NCBI GenBank assembly: GCA_965637545.1
Contig: OZ281497.1
Span: 13,516,001-13,580,000 of the forward strand
Source of the DNA: Phallusia mammillata
Lineage: Eukaryota
Direction of reading: 5' to 3'
DNA length: 64,000 nt
Below, piece after piece: positions 50,154-63,065 of the stretch (positions within the stretch are counted from its first letter, which is position 1; each line of letters begins with the position of its first letter). The translations under genes were made by a program, and so were the position numbers. Below the pieces are notes generated by a model, which saw only the letters and a program-made list of their open reading frames with translations, searched no databases and was not told where the DNA came from.

Positions 50154-50718
50154 GACTTGACTTCGATGGATGTTTTTAAAATGAATTTAAAAACTGTGCA
50201 ACTACGTTTAACTAATAAAAGCACAAAATGTGATATTTTTATTTGTTTCTCTGTTATACAGTGAAATGTGGAACACAGGAATTAGTACTTAAACCAAATT
50301 TATACAATATGGGCCACAATATTTAACACCTGGCCAAAGGCTTGGGTTCCACAGAATACATGTTTTTTTAATAGCAGAAATAGAATACATGAAAAATTGC
50401 CAATAGAATACACAATCTTTCATACATGGCACAGATATAAGCAATGGGAGACGCTGTGATGTTTGTGAGTGGTTACCACAATGGTACAACAACAGGTGAT
50501 GGTGGAAAGTTTCAAATAAAACAGAAAAAAACCATCACAGCATATGCCAATATAAACATTAATATGCCATATATTTTGTACACAAAAGCAAATGCACATA
50601 AAATATGTTCTTAAATTACTCGCCAAAATAACAACCGTAAATTTGGCTAGTGTATATTGCAGGTACATGCTGAAGCAAATCTCAGTTTATATATGTATAT
50701 TTATCAATTTAATAGAAG

Positions 50719-51954
50719 CTAGTAAACATTAGCTAAACCTGCAGATTTTCTTGCTTTTTGAATTACTGCTCGCAACATAAATTGTTGACGTGATAATGCT
50801 CGCACATGCTTTAAAAATGTGTCAACATCTACAACATCCTTATGAAGTGCCTCACTTAGATAGTAGATGGTATCCTCAAGTGCTTGCTCCTCTGCAAATG
50901 ATGTGACAATTTGCCTGTATACAGGAGTTGTAGCCATCACAACATCATCCACATCAAGGTTATCCTGTTTTTGCTGCAATTTATCAATTTCGCTGGTCAA
51001 TTCATCATTTCTTTGCTGCAACATAATTCTATTTGCATCTGCATCATTGATTTCCAATTCGAGCCGCTTAAGTATTCCATCAATCTTTTCCTGTCCAACC
51101 TTTAATTCGGATTCAGTCTTTCGCAAAGCCTGTGTTTCACTTTCTGCTTGTGCAAGAGTATCCTTTAGCCTTCTCTTCAACTTTTCATTAACTGCTGACA
51201 AAAGTGATGCTTTAATCATGCTGTCTTCAATTTTTGTATCCTTTGACTGCTGCATACCAGCTTGTGACTGTGGAGGATATGCTGTTGGGATAACGCTCAT
51301 CTGATTCGGCTGTGGATAGCCACTATATGGTGGGTACCCAGTTCCAGTTGGTGATGGATATGGTGGTTGCTGAGTAGTTGTTGTGGGGTAGGGTGTTGGT
51401 GCCCGATAGTTTGTGGTTGGTGGACCCTGAGGAGGAAAGGCTTGACCAGGATAAGGGGTTCTCTGTTGTGCAGGATATGGTTGGGCCTGTGGGGGTGGTG
51501 GTCGACCTGGAGCTGGTTTTGCAAATACTGGAGGTTCTTCACTAAAAACTGCTGCCATCACTTGCACACAACCAACTAAATTGTGGCTTCTGGGGCGCCA
51601 GTCAGTTAAATATGGCAAGTAGATTCTTCCATTTGAGTCAACATGCTTTCCTTGTCGCACCTGCATTGTGCTGGTTGGCTGCACAAAACATAGGGGTGGA
51701 ACTTGTGGATGGGCTTCTTGTAGCCAAAGTGCCACAGGTATGTTGTAGGTTGTTCCCTTGTAAACTACTGGTATAGTACCTTTTAGACAGACCAAGTTTT
51801 TGCTTGAACCATCATTAAAAATAAATCTTTCAATAGATGGCTTTAGATCTTTGTAATGACTGATAAGGTTCAATGCATCCTGCCTTGCTGCATCCGGCTG
51901 GTTGTATTTACCTTGCATTTGAGACCTAAGATAAGCCTCCATAGGATGTGGCAT
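50719..51954 (-). CDS. TSG101: Tumor susceptibility gene 101 (ESCRT-I), single coding exon, 411 aa
   Basis: Uninterrupted ORF: UEV domain (LKGTIPVVYKGTTYNIPVALWL...HVDSNGRIYLPYLTDW), Pro/Tyr-rich region, coiled coil, steadiness box (FAEEQALEDTIYYLSEAL...FLKHVRALSRQQF). Putative 5'UTR intron 53440-51975. Confidence 0.96.
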   Translation of the reverse strand: MPHPMEAYLRSQMQGKYNQPDAARQDALNLISHYKDLKPSIERFIFNDGSSKNLVCLKGTIPVVYKGTTYNIPVALWLQEAHPQVPPLCFVQPTSTMQVRQGKHVDSNGRIYLPYLTDWRPRSHNLVGCVQVMAAVFSEEPPVFAKPAPGRPPPPQAQPYPAQQRTPYPGQAFPPQGPPTTNYRAPTPYPTTTTQQPPYPSPTGTGYPPYSGYPQPNQMSVIPTAYPPQSQAGMQQSKDTKIEDSMIKASLLSAVNEKLKRRLKDTLAQAESETQALRKTESELKVGQEKIDGILKRLELEINDADANRIMLQQRNDELTSEIDKLQQKQDNLDVDDVVMATTPVYRQIVTSFAEEQALEDTIYYLSEALHKDVVDVDTFLKHVRALSRQQFMLRAVIQKARKSAGLANVY

Positions 51955-52076
51955 TTTTAAGCTGTTTGAACAACCTGTAATCAAAATAAAGTTAACCTTA
52001 ATTCATACCTTTTTTCAGCCAAGCATACAATTTTTTTAAAGATGAAAAAACATGTGCACCCAAATTTCATTCAAAA

Positions 52077-52742
52077 CATAGGCGTAGAGTTTTAAAAAAG
52101 GGGGGTGCGCCGTTTGATCTTCCAAAAACGATGCCTATACCATGTACAGTATCTGTACCCGTATAAGACCAAATAACGACATCTTTTACGTGCTTAAGCA
52201 TGTAGTTTCTATCACATTGATTTGCAAATAGTCACTTGGCGCAATTTATTTGTGTTCGATTGGAACGTTTGCTGTGCGTCTAATAACGTCTGATGTAAGG
52301 AAAGGACGATTTGCCGAATCAGCCACTTTAACAAGTTTAAGTTTAAAGTTTTAAATATAGCCGATATATGTATTGTTGACGCTTAAACTTAGGTCACCTT
52401 GTATCAAGTTTAGGCCGTTGCAGAGCTTTGCAAACAGACATTAAACTCGGCTTGGAAATCAATATATTAACTATTTTTATTGCAGGGAGTATTGCGAATA
52501 ATACTAAAACGATAGTCTATAAGTCATGTTTATGTTGCATTGAAATGCCTATTTATTGCCAAACAATTACAATTGTTACGTTTCAACCGACGTCTGTTCG
52601 ATCAATGGCGTGAATGCAAGTGCATTTGTTTAGCTGGAAACACGTTTTAATTAACCGACGTAACTTGAACAAAGATGCGATTTTGACGTTATACAAAGGA
52701 TAAGGCCGGGGGTGCGCGGCACCCCCGCACTCTACGCCAGTG
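52077..52742. mobile_element. hAT-type non-autonomous element, 666 bp, in the TSG101 5'UTR intron
   Basis: TIR CATAGGCGTAGAG / CTCTACGCCAGTG; perfect TSD ATTCAAAA; subterminal hairpin GGGGGTGC-GCG-GCACCCCC; homologous to ~15586-16390. Confidence 0.9.
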
Positions 52743-53771
52743 ATTCAAAAGGTGTAACATGTAAGTTTGCACTTTGTACCATACACCAGACCGGCTTCTG
52801 CATAGGACGTCAAAACGTTGGTATAGAAATATAATTGGCAGAAGTGCTCTAAATTTGATATCAGACCTGATGGCCGCAACAGCCAGCTAAATAGCTTATT
52901 ATACGGTTATACCAGCCCCGCTCTTCAAGTGTTTTCTTACACAATGCCATTGGAAAGTGGAAAACACGATATGTTTATGAAATATTTCAAAAAAACAAAA
53001 CCCTGCTTGAATGTTGAACATTGTAGAAAATATGACTTAACTTAAGATGATATCAACACAAATCCACTTTTCGGATACAATTTGCTATAGATTTTGATAT
53101 GAATTTCTGAACACGCTAAAAATTTGAACTGGAAGCACATCTTAAATCCAAAAATATTTTGAACCTAATTCCATCTCTTGACTCTTGTTGACTGATTACA
53201 CATACACAAAACACAACTATCACGGGAAATAATCATCATCATTGAAACGTATATGTCGCTTGTTGCGTATCGCACATCGCGCGGCGTAAAATAAAATACT
53301 CTCTTCGGTTCGAAAATTTCAAAACGTTATGTTCACTAAACATTCAACAAATGTTTGGCCGAAAAAAACTATGTAACAAATTAAAAAAAAAAAATTAAAA
53401 AAAAAATTTGGATAAAAATTCTTTTTTCAAAGGTACTCACAACTTCTGATTTGGATGGAAAGCTGTGCAGCACGTTTACCTTATCATGTTGGAAGTTAAT
53501 TTAATAAAACTCCATATTTGAAAAAAATGGTGCTATGTTTGTGGTTGCACCAAATGTGGATCAAAGAGTTTTTAATACTCTTTGTGTGAATCGACAAAGC
53601 GAATTCTATGGTGTTGGTAAAAGTGTGTCAAACAAAGTTTTGTACTGCAGTGAAGGCGTAATATTTTACTCGTTACCTATTGAAAATCTGACGCTTCGAA
53701 TAGTTGCGTATAATTACGTGAATGGTGATTAAACATTATTGGTTATCGCGATTGAATTAACATAAAAAATC

Positions 53772-56700
53772 ATGCCCAAGGGAAAAGAAAGACCGCCTCC
53801 GAAGAAAGGGAGAAAAAACGTGCTCAATATGGTAATTTACCATTGGTTAAAAAACTTTGACAATTTGATTGTAGAACTGTCTCATTTCGCTACTGGAGCA
53901 GCTTTTGTTCTTTACCTGTATCTTCTAGCTTTCAAATTAATTTCTAGAATTGAAATGATTAAAACTTAATTGCATTTGTATTTATTGGGTGTTTATTTTA
54001 AAGATGGGATATGATGAAGGAGTTGAATCAGATGATGATGACATGGAGGCACAATTGGCAGCACTTTTAGGGGAGGGAGGCTCTACAACAGCAAAGAAAA
54101 AACCTGCACCAAAATGTAACAAAAGCATGTATTGTCTTTTTTTCTATTTAAGAAAACATTGTGCTATAATCACCCATACATTTCAAAAAAAGTAATTTTT
54201 CAGTTTGAAATAGTATAGACTGTTATAAATTGTATGTTGTAACTCTGTTTATTTACTTTCAATTTAGTGTTGGATTGGTCGATTATTGATGCCCAAGTGG
54301 CTTCATCAATGCGAGATGTGGATGAAGAAGATGATGATGAAGTTACTGAAGAGGATGAGAGTGAGCTTATGGTAAGATGTCTAAAATTCAATAATCTAAA
54401 TCTAATGGCTCACTCTAATAGTCTTGTATGTTTGTAACAACATTCCTTGGTTGTGGTGCACATTAACTTAAAATACAGAATAAAATTTAATTTTCCTGAA
54501 ACAATGCTGAACAAAAGACATTGACAATGATTAATGATTCAAGTTGTTTCTTTTAGGATTACATGCCAAAACTCACCCACATTTATTTTTACAAACTAGC
54601 CAAACCAACACCCACAAACACTTTTGATTTTGTATTAGGGAAATGTCTTAGCATGTACCGTTTGTTACAGTCAGAACTAACAGATCTAGTGGGAGATGAC
54701 GAGCCAGCCTTACTTCAACCCGCACAAGCTCGAGGTCGGAGCAGATCTCCCAGTCCACAACCACAAGCTGGAAGCTCAACCGTGGAATTGCTGACTAGTC
54801 GTAAAACTGTGTATCAAACTGCTGTGAAAACTGCCCAAAAGGATGGACAAACTTCAAAGGTAAATTTCTCATTTATTGCTATGAATCATCTGTATTTTGA
54901 ACCAGGTTTTTAAAGCAATTGTGCACTTAACAATATGTTTTCCAACTTAAGTGACTACTTTGGCATTTACTCATAATTTTGTTATGGGTTTGGATTGAAG
55001 TTTTACTTGTTTAATTTTGCAAATAAAGTATTCCTTGCATTTTGTATCGTGTACATATTTCCTTGCATTTTGTATCGTGTACATATTTCCTTGTATTTTG
55101 TATAAATACTAGTCTAAAGCTTAAATTTTAAATCTATAGGTCAGGAGGCTACAAAGGGGAATTAAAACTATTGATGACCTTCTTAAACTGGCCAAGAAAG
55201 GAAAACCTATCTCTGAAGATGACATTCCTCCAATGGTTGCTGGTGCTGTAAATCCCCCAACTTCAACTCCCGCCGTTGTGGAGACAGAACCTATCAAGCC
55301 AAAAGACCCTCCACCTTCTATTGCCCCAAAACCTGTGGTGAAAGAGGCTCCCACAAAAGTCCAACAAGCTGAGGCTGACCCTAAAATTCGACAGATATTA
55401 GAAAGCAGAAAACAAGAATATAAAGTGGCTGCATTACAAGCAAAAAGGGATGGAGACAAAACAGCTGCCTTGGGATACTTTAAAGTTATCAAGGTACAGT
55501 ATATAGTTTTTAAATTGTTGTATTGCATATAATGCTGAGTGAATCTATTGTAGCAATTCGATGCTGCCATACAAAATGCAAACGAGGGGCAAACTGTTGA
55601 CATTTCAAAAATGCCAACATCACTTAAGGACAAACCTGTGATCAATGGTATGTTTTGCAAAACATTATGTAATTTATGCAATTTTTGTTGACTAATATGT
55701 TGTGTAGCTCAACCTCCTCAGCCAGTAGTGCAGCCAGTGTCGCAACTTAAAAATGAGGATCCTGCACAAACACAAGAGCCGGAAGGTACATTTTATATAC
55801 ATTGTTTGACTTTGTTTTGATTTTTTAGCTTTTAATCAGCAATGTAGTTTTTATAATTACCAACATAGAAAAAAAATATTTCTAACATAACCTGCATACA
55901 AACATATAACAATGTTTTTAGTCCAACAACCAAATGTACCAACTGTGCCCAAAACTGCTTTGGAGGCATTAGAACAACGTATGCAAAAATACCAGTCCAG
56001 CGCTGCTGATGCCACGAAGGAGGGAAATGGTGGAAAAGCAAGAAGAATGGGCAGGATTGTGAAACAATATCAAACAGCTATTCGCTCTCACAAAGCTGGC
56101 AAACCAGTTAACTTTGATGAGTTGCCTGTCCCACCAGGGTTTCCTCCTATACCAGGTTCAAATCTAATTGTGCTTAATTTTGTATTCTAATTTGAAATGG
56201 ATGTTGGCTGGATGATACTGTATATAGATCCAGATTTTATTATGGGTCCATATTGTTTTTGTCTATATTTTTTTTCTTTTTTCCGTCTAACGCGGATTTG
56301 TTCCCACGTTTTGGTCAAGAAAGAATGGTTCAAACTTTTTCAAATTTACACACATTATAGATATTGGTCTAAAGATGGTGAATGTGAATTTTGACCCCGT
56401 TTGATCCCTCGGTTCACCCACAGCCCCCCAAAACGTGAAATTTTTAAAACATCTATATATACTTATATGCTAAAATCTATATATGCTAAAATACTTCATT
56501 AAGGAGTTATATGCTTTGTTGTTTGGTGCAATATGAGGCATTTCAAAGAATTTTGTTCCTTAAAAAAAGATTTACCCATTTTCACCCCTTAAACCCCAAA
56601 ATATTCGTTTCTGTCTAACGCTGGTTTGTTAAATGCGTTTGGTCAAGAAAGAGTGTTTCAAATTTATTCAAATTTGCACAGATGTTAGTTATTGTTCCGA

Positions 56701-59700
56701 ATTTGATCCTCCGGAAGTTTGACCCCAAATGACCCTGTTAAATAATTGTTTGCAGTAGGTTATTTGTTTAGTATTTAAAAATTTGTCTTAATTGGCCAAA
56801 TAGTTACTTTTACAGCCCATAATATGTGTACACTGTCAGTCAGATAGAAGTCTCAACTCTCAAGGTAGTAATTCACTTGTTTACGATTAAGGAGTGTGAA
56901 TGCAGCGGGAGTACACAGCTTGACGGTTTTACGAGACAGTCGTGTTGGTGATTAGAAATCAGCAATTTTTGCGCAGCTATGCTATGTCGTTTTATTAAGT
57001 TATCAAGCACATTTTTAGTTTTGGAAAATAGTATTTTTCCTGTTCTTAATTACTGTTTTTGTAATTATATGACAGTAATGATGCGAAAAGAATACGGACA
57101 AGACTTTTAAAGTTGGGTTAAGGCTAAAGTTGGTTAAGTTTTTCCTTAAGAATCTAAAAATAACCAGGATGTTTGTTCACCATAAATCCACACAAACGTG
57201 CGTGTGGAGACCCATGGGTTTTTGCTTGCAAAAACAATCATATGTGTAGATCAAATGATGTGTATAGTAAATTGGTAAATATCTAACAATGATTGTGCCC
57301 TATTTTTACTGTTACCAAATCGCATATGCATATGTGTGGGGACCCATTAGATTATGCTTGCAGAAAGAATTATGTTATAAAGTGCCAGGAAAAAGATAGG
57401 ACCCAATGAAATGTAGGTGCCAAATATATATCCATTATAAACATAGTAAAATGGTATATGTGATACATCGTTAAATATGATGTAGTATATATAAACTGGC
57501 AATATATAGGAAAACCACTATTCTAGTTTCTTTATTATTTAAAATTGACTACATCCATTTTACCTTGTTTTAGGTGTTAAGGAAACACAGCAAGAAAATT
57601 TGCTGCAAAAGGCAGAATCACTGATACAACAAAATGTGGAGGAAGAACCAGGTCCCTCCAAACCTGCCCCAAATCAGTTGCCTGTCCCAGTAGCTGTGGG
57701 TAACTTGATGCTTTTGTAGTATCTATTGAACAATACCTGTTTTTTTGTTAATGTGTAAAGGCTGGAAGAAGCAAGTCACCACAGAGCCAGAAGGGAAGCA
57801 AGTCCCCATCACCAACTCCCACCAAAGGAGCACCAAAAAGTAAGTGATTGGGGTTGAACCAAACATGTCCTAGTGATAATGCACATATCTTATTTATCTT
57901 ATTTTGACTTACTTGGACAAGGGATTTTGTGTTGTTGTACTGGCACTCGTATGAATATTTTTAAGTTGGACTTTTCCTGCCTTTTTTGCCACTGAGCATT
58001 TTATATTCCTACATTTGCATTCAAATGCTACAAGTTTCAGAGGGTTATAACTTAGATATGCAGTTGCAATTCAAATGTGAAGTAAGTTTAACTAATTTAA
58101 TGATGACGAAAACAATTGTTTACCTTATTTAGTAGACAGATTTCACCAGTCAAACTTTTTCCCAGTAAATGTGTTCCTAACACACAATCACCTTTCATGG
58201 TGGGCGAAGATGTTTCTGCCTGCGAGCAATAGAGCCATTCGAATTTACATAACTAAGTGGATTTTTTTAAGTTTGTGAAGTAAAGATCTATGTTTATTGT
58301 AGTGCATATGAAATTTGGGTTTGTTCAACACCTCTCTTCTGGTTTTATTGGGTACAAAACGTTCAATTTTATATTTTTTGTTTTGTCTATTAGCCCCATA
58401 TGACCAACAAGTGGCATTCCTGCAAAATCGACAGGCTGCTTTTAAGAGAGCTGCACTTGAAGCAAAGAAAAAGGGCGACAAAGCAACTGCATTGGAATAC
58501 TTGCGCCAAATGAAAGGTTTTGATGAGATGATACAGGCAGCAAAAAGTGGTTTGAAGGTTAACTAACAAGCTTTGCAGCATTTAATCCATTTTAAATGTA
58601 AAAAAACAACTTGTTTTTATGTACTGTAATACTACATTGATGTTAGTCAGTACAGTTTAGACTTGCGATTACCAACCTTTTTTGACAAATTCCTTACCAA
58701 TCCAAAACTTTTTTATCCCTCCTCTATAGACTACATAGTATAAACCACACAAAGATCAGTTTAACTGGGGTCTTTAATGAACTGCACAGGTTATATATCC
58801 AGGGCTGTAGTGTCTATTTACAAACCACACAATTTAAAGTAAATTCCTCCCCGTTTGAGAACCACTGGTTAAAACATGACGTTTTGATGACAAGAAGATT
58901 TTGTTTTTTTCTAACGAAAAGCTTGGCTCAATTCTAGGTTGATATAACCAATGTCCCACAACCACCAGTTGAACACAGCAGAAGCTCACATGGGGATGAA
59001 GGTTTTGAGGTCATTGAAAGTCATGAAATTTCAAAGTCCACAAGAAAATCAACACCCGAGGAAGATGATGAGTTGTATTCCAAACTTTCCAAAATGCTGC
59101 AGAAGCAAGTGGAGGTCCAAAATAGTTGAAACTCATGTTAAAAATTAAATTAACCAATTAACATCATCGCAGGAAATAAGAATGACAATAAAGATAACAA
59201 ATACAATAAAAAAATTAGAGATGGATTTTTTAACTCTTTTTAAACTGCAAAATAAATGTTCTAAACTTTGAACTATATTATTACTTATGTTTGCATCGTT
59301 TAAAACCACAAAGTCACATTTTAACTGAAATTTATGTGGTAGTAATGGTTTGTAACTTGAAACAATACTTAGGCTAAAACCATTTTTTCCATTTTAAAAC
59401 ATAACATTTTAAATCGCAGAAAGCCAGGGCATTTGCGCAGCAGATGACACATACTGGCGATGTAGCTGGTGCTGAAAGATGTGACAGACTTGCAGGAACA
59501 TCACAGGCAGACTATGATTATGTGAGAAGTTGTCGTCGCCATGGTGATCCTCCTCCCCACTTTTACTATGAAGACAAGTAAGAATAGTTCAGTGCTTCTG
59601 TGATATTTTAAACTTCAAATAGGAAAATATGTGAATATTAACAGATTTAATAAGGTCTCTTGACTTTTATGGTTCTATGCAGTGGTGGGATTCAGCCGGT

Positions 59701-62700
59701 TCGCACCAGTTTTATAGAACTGTCTCACGAAATTTTATGAGATCAGCAAACCAGTTAGTATTACTGGTTATTGTCAATGAAATTTTTGTGACAGAACCGG
59801 CTGCAAAATATGACTTTTGTGATAGAACCAGCTGACAAAAAAATTGAATCCCACCACTGGTTCTATGCCCAACTAAACCTAAGTTGACAAGGTACCTAGC
59901 CTATGAAATGGCTTCGTGGCCTGGACCAAATCAGCACAGTTAGTACTTAAAATATGATTTTAATGTGTACACTTAGCTCAGAAACAAACACAATGATAAA
60001 CATCAATTAATTAATTGTTTCAGAAATTTGATTGTATGTTTGTTTTAGGGTTTGATTGAGTACAATATTCGTTGCAGGTCTTTCAACACTGTAAAAATTA
60101 TTCCTGACCTTGGAAGTAATGAAATGGAACTTGAATTAGTGCAATGTATGGATCTAAATACTGGTGGAAAAGAAGCAAAAATATTCATTGAGTGGGAATT
60201 TCCATTTCCACATGTAAGTTTTGTAAAAGGTGTAAATCGTTTTGTTTTAAATTTTGGCTGCCTTAGATAGATTAGTGCACCTTTCAGCATACCGGAGTAA
60301 TAGCACCAAACTACTAAAATTTGTTCATGTACTTTTATTCCTGTTGTTTGGTACATTGACATCCCAACTTTATTTTGTAGGACAATCCATGTAAGGGAAA
60401 GAGTGAAGAGGGTCAGGGCACAAAAAATTTGAAGTTTAATGAACATTTCCGTGTTCCATTCATTAGAAAATTAAAGGCCAGCCATAGAGCTGTGAAAAAC
60501 AAATCCCTGAAGCTTGAGGTGTTTCAAAAGGGGTATGTCTCACAGTTGCAATTGGGCTTTTTGTGGATATTTCTAAATTCCATCTTATCTTTTTGTACAG
60601 TGGTTTTCTGAGAAGTGATAAGTCTTTTGGAAGTGTGACAGTAAAGTTGGCACCCCTTGAGGCCCACTGTGAAATTCATGCTGTTGAGGAGGTAAATGTG
60701 CAGAGATAAAATACTAAGAAACAACAGACCCTGCATGTTTTCTTGCTTTTAAATAATTGTAATGTCTGTACACCATTCTTCGAATAAGAAAAACAATGTG
60801 TTCTGAGCACATGCATGTTTTCTGAGCACATGCATGTTTAAAATGTTTATGCTGGTGATGTTCGAGGACTTTTCCAGAGAAATTTCCAGACGCTTATTAG
60901 AGCACTGTTTATACTGTTATGAAACATGTGGTTACAGAAATGCTTGCACAACTGTTTCAAAAACCTCAGAAAAAAAGCCGTTTAAACACAGTAAATCATG
61001 TTTTTGCACACAAACAAAACATTTACCAAACTTGTGTTCATTTTGCCTATCATGAATATATTTAAACATGCAGTATTCAATTGCTTACAGATTAAAGATG
61101 GTCGTAACACAGTGGGAAAAATTGAAGCGTACATACGATTACGAACACCTCTTCTTGGATCAGATGTCAGTACAACCAAGGAGAAATGGCTTCACATAGA
61201 ACATAGAAAGCGACATCATTCTCCACCAGCAAGTACAAGCAAAAGTAGCTCAAAGCAAATCTCACCCAAGCCAAGTGGCAGCTCAAGAAAACCGGTTATA
61301 AAGTAAGTTTGGTGTTTGTAGCATATCTAGATGAATCAGCATGATATCTATAAAGGATTTTAAGTGTAAAGGTCACACCAGAAATTCATTCAGAAGAAAT
61401 TGTTAACTGCATGCAGTATTTGCATTGAAGAAACTAACTGAATAAAAAAAAGACAGTTTGAAAACAAATTCCACTTGAGTTTTTTTGTGTGTGTGTGTGT
61501 TATTTAAAGTGCAGTAGAAGGCTGCCATAAACTTTTAGTCAAGGGCCCTTGTTACTTAGTTTAGTTTAATTTTAAAGGTGAACAACAATTTGGGTTTGGA
61601 AAGATGCATGGCTTGTGTAGTGCGTAGTGAAGTCAAATTGTGCTTCTTGGTTACCTTGTTGTGACGTAGAAACTACACCTAGTCTGTTTGATGGTTATTG
61701 CATTTTTCCACACAGATTTCTGTCATACATTGCAAATGCATGTCACATTTAGGCTTTGTATCAATAGTGAACTTTGAGGCAGATTTATACAGACGACCTG
61801 ATTGACCATTTTAGAATTAAATTTACCCTCCGTGTTAACAACAGTGACATGTTGTTTAAGAAAACATTTTTGTAGTTAAGAACTTTGGGATATCAGGCAA
61901 CTCTGTATGAAATGCTCAGTCGTCTTCAAGGTGCACATCAGCAAAACCAGCATGACCCATTTTGCAAAATATTAGTTTTGCAGAACAGCTAGTTTTACAA
62001 GTAAAGAGTAATTTGCCCTTATTTTCCTGCATCCTTGCATCCTGATTCAATTATCTGGATTTTGTGTGATTGTAGACCAGAAAGTTTTTTTATTTGACTT
62101 TTGACAGACCTATCACAAAGCCTGTTTCAACGGTGTTTTCATTTGTTGCAGTAAGAAATCCAAAGTTTGTGTTTTGTCATGAGGGACATACAAGACAGTA
62201 TATGATGCCACCACAAGGAGGTCCACTCCCAAAAAAGAAATTTAAATTTAATTTCATTTGTACAAAAAGAAATTAATAATTCTAGTAAAGCTGCATTAAA
62301 ATGTTTTGGTACCTGTTTGTATTTAATTTTTTACATATTTTATCAGTAAAGACATTGTTCCAGTTTTTTCAAAGTTCTATTTTTTGTTACATACCATGCA
62401 ATAAACTTTTACCACTGCAAGTTATTTGTGTACATGCTTCGTGGTTTCAAATATTCTCAGTAGAGACATACAAGCCACTACTTTGGTGTAAAACATAACA
62501 ATGTTCGATAAAAAGTTATGTAGGTTTAAAGCAGACAAGCTTAGCAATATTGCTTGCTTCTAAATTGTAATTGGGATTTTAACTTGTTTTGTAGTATATC
62601 CAGTATGGAGGTACTTCGACTGGATATGAAAATTGTTGATACAAAAATGGGAAAGTTTAAACAACGTGGTGAGAGAACTCCGACTGATTTGCAGCGTGAG

Positions 62701-63065
62701 ATGATAGCTCTTAAGAAGAAACATGATGAGACAAAGAAATTTTTGGAAGATGGTGCACAACATGCAAGAAAGGGTAAATACATGAAGGCCTAGCCCTAGA
62801 ACCAATTTTTGTCCACTTTTGTCTTTAACCATATACTATTTGCAGAATATGCAATGTGCTTGGCAGCACAATATCAGCATCTTGGGGCTGAAGCACAAAG
62901 TTATGCAAGACAAGGAAAGAAAGTAAGTTCTGTATGAAATTGTTACCTTGGGAATGCTCAAAACGTTGGAATTAAAATGTGTGCTTTACTTTTCAGGAAC
63001 AGGCCAAGCTAGCACTTACCAAGAAGTCATTTGTACAGAAGGAGTTGGAAAAGTATAACACATAA
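53772..63065 (+). CDS. CC2D1: Coiled-coil and C2 domain-containing protein 1 (Lgd/Freud-1 family)
   Basis: About 20 exons. DM14 repeats (LESRKQEYKVAALQAKRDGDK, LEQRMQKYQS...YQTAIR..KAGKPVNFDELPVPPGFPP, LQNRQAAFKRAALEAKKKGDK); C2 domain (IIPDLGSNEMELELV...EWEFPFP, LKLEVFQKGGFLRSDK, RLRTPL...EKWL); C-terminal helical tail ending ELEKYNT*. Confidence 0.93.
55031..55100. repeat. 28-bp tandem repeat, ~2.5 copies
   Basis: ATTTCCTTGCATTTTGTATCGTGTACAT repeated in a CC2D1 intron. Confidence 0.85.
56281..56740. repeat. Diverged ~130-bp direct repeats, possibly a Helentron/DINE-like non-autonomous remnant
   Basis: TTC.GTCTAACGC...TTTGGTCAAGAAAGA...TTCAAATTT.CAC...GACCCC at ~56281 and ~56609; family assignment is inference. 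Confidence 0.45.
59680..59859. mobile_element. hAT MITE, CAGTGGTGGG family (copy 3 of 3)
   Basis: TIR CAGTGGTGGGATTCA / TGAATCCCACCACTG; perfect TSD GTTCTATG. Confidence 0.92.

Noticed and set aside
21711-63065. Co-location of retrovirus host factors (LEDGF/HRP2-like, TSG101, CC2D1) with a reverse transcriptase as one system
   Set aside because: They are ordinary housekeeping genes separated by unrelated genes; nothing in the sequence links them functionally.
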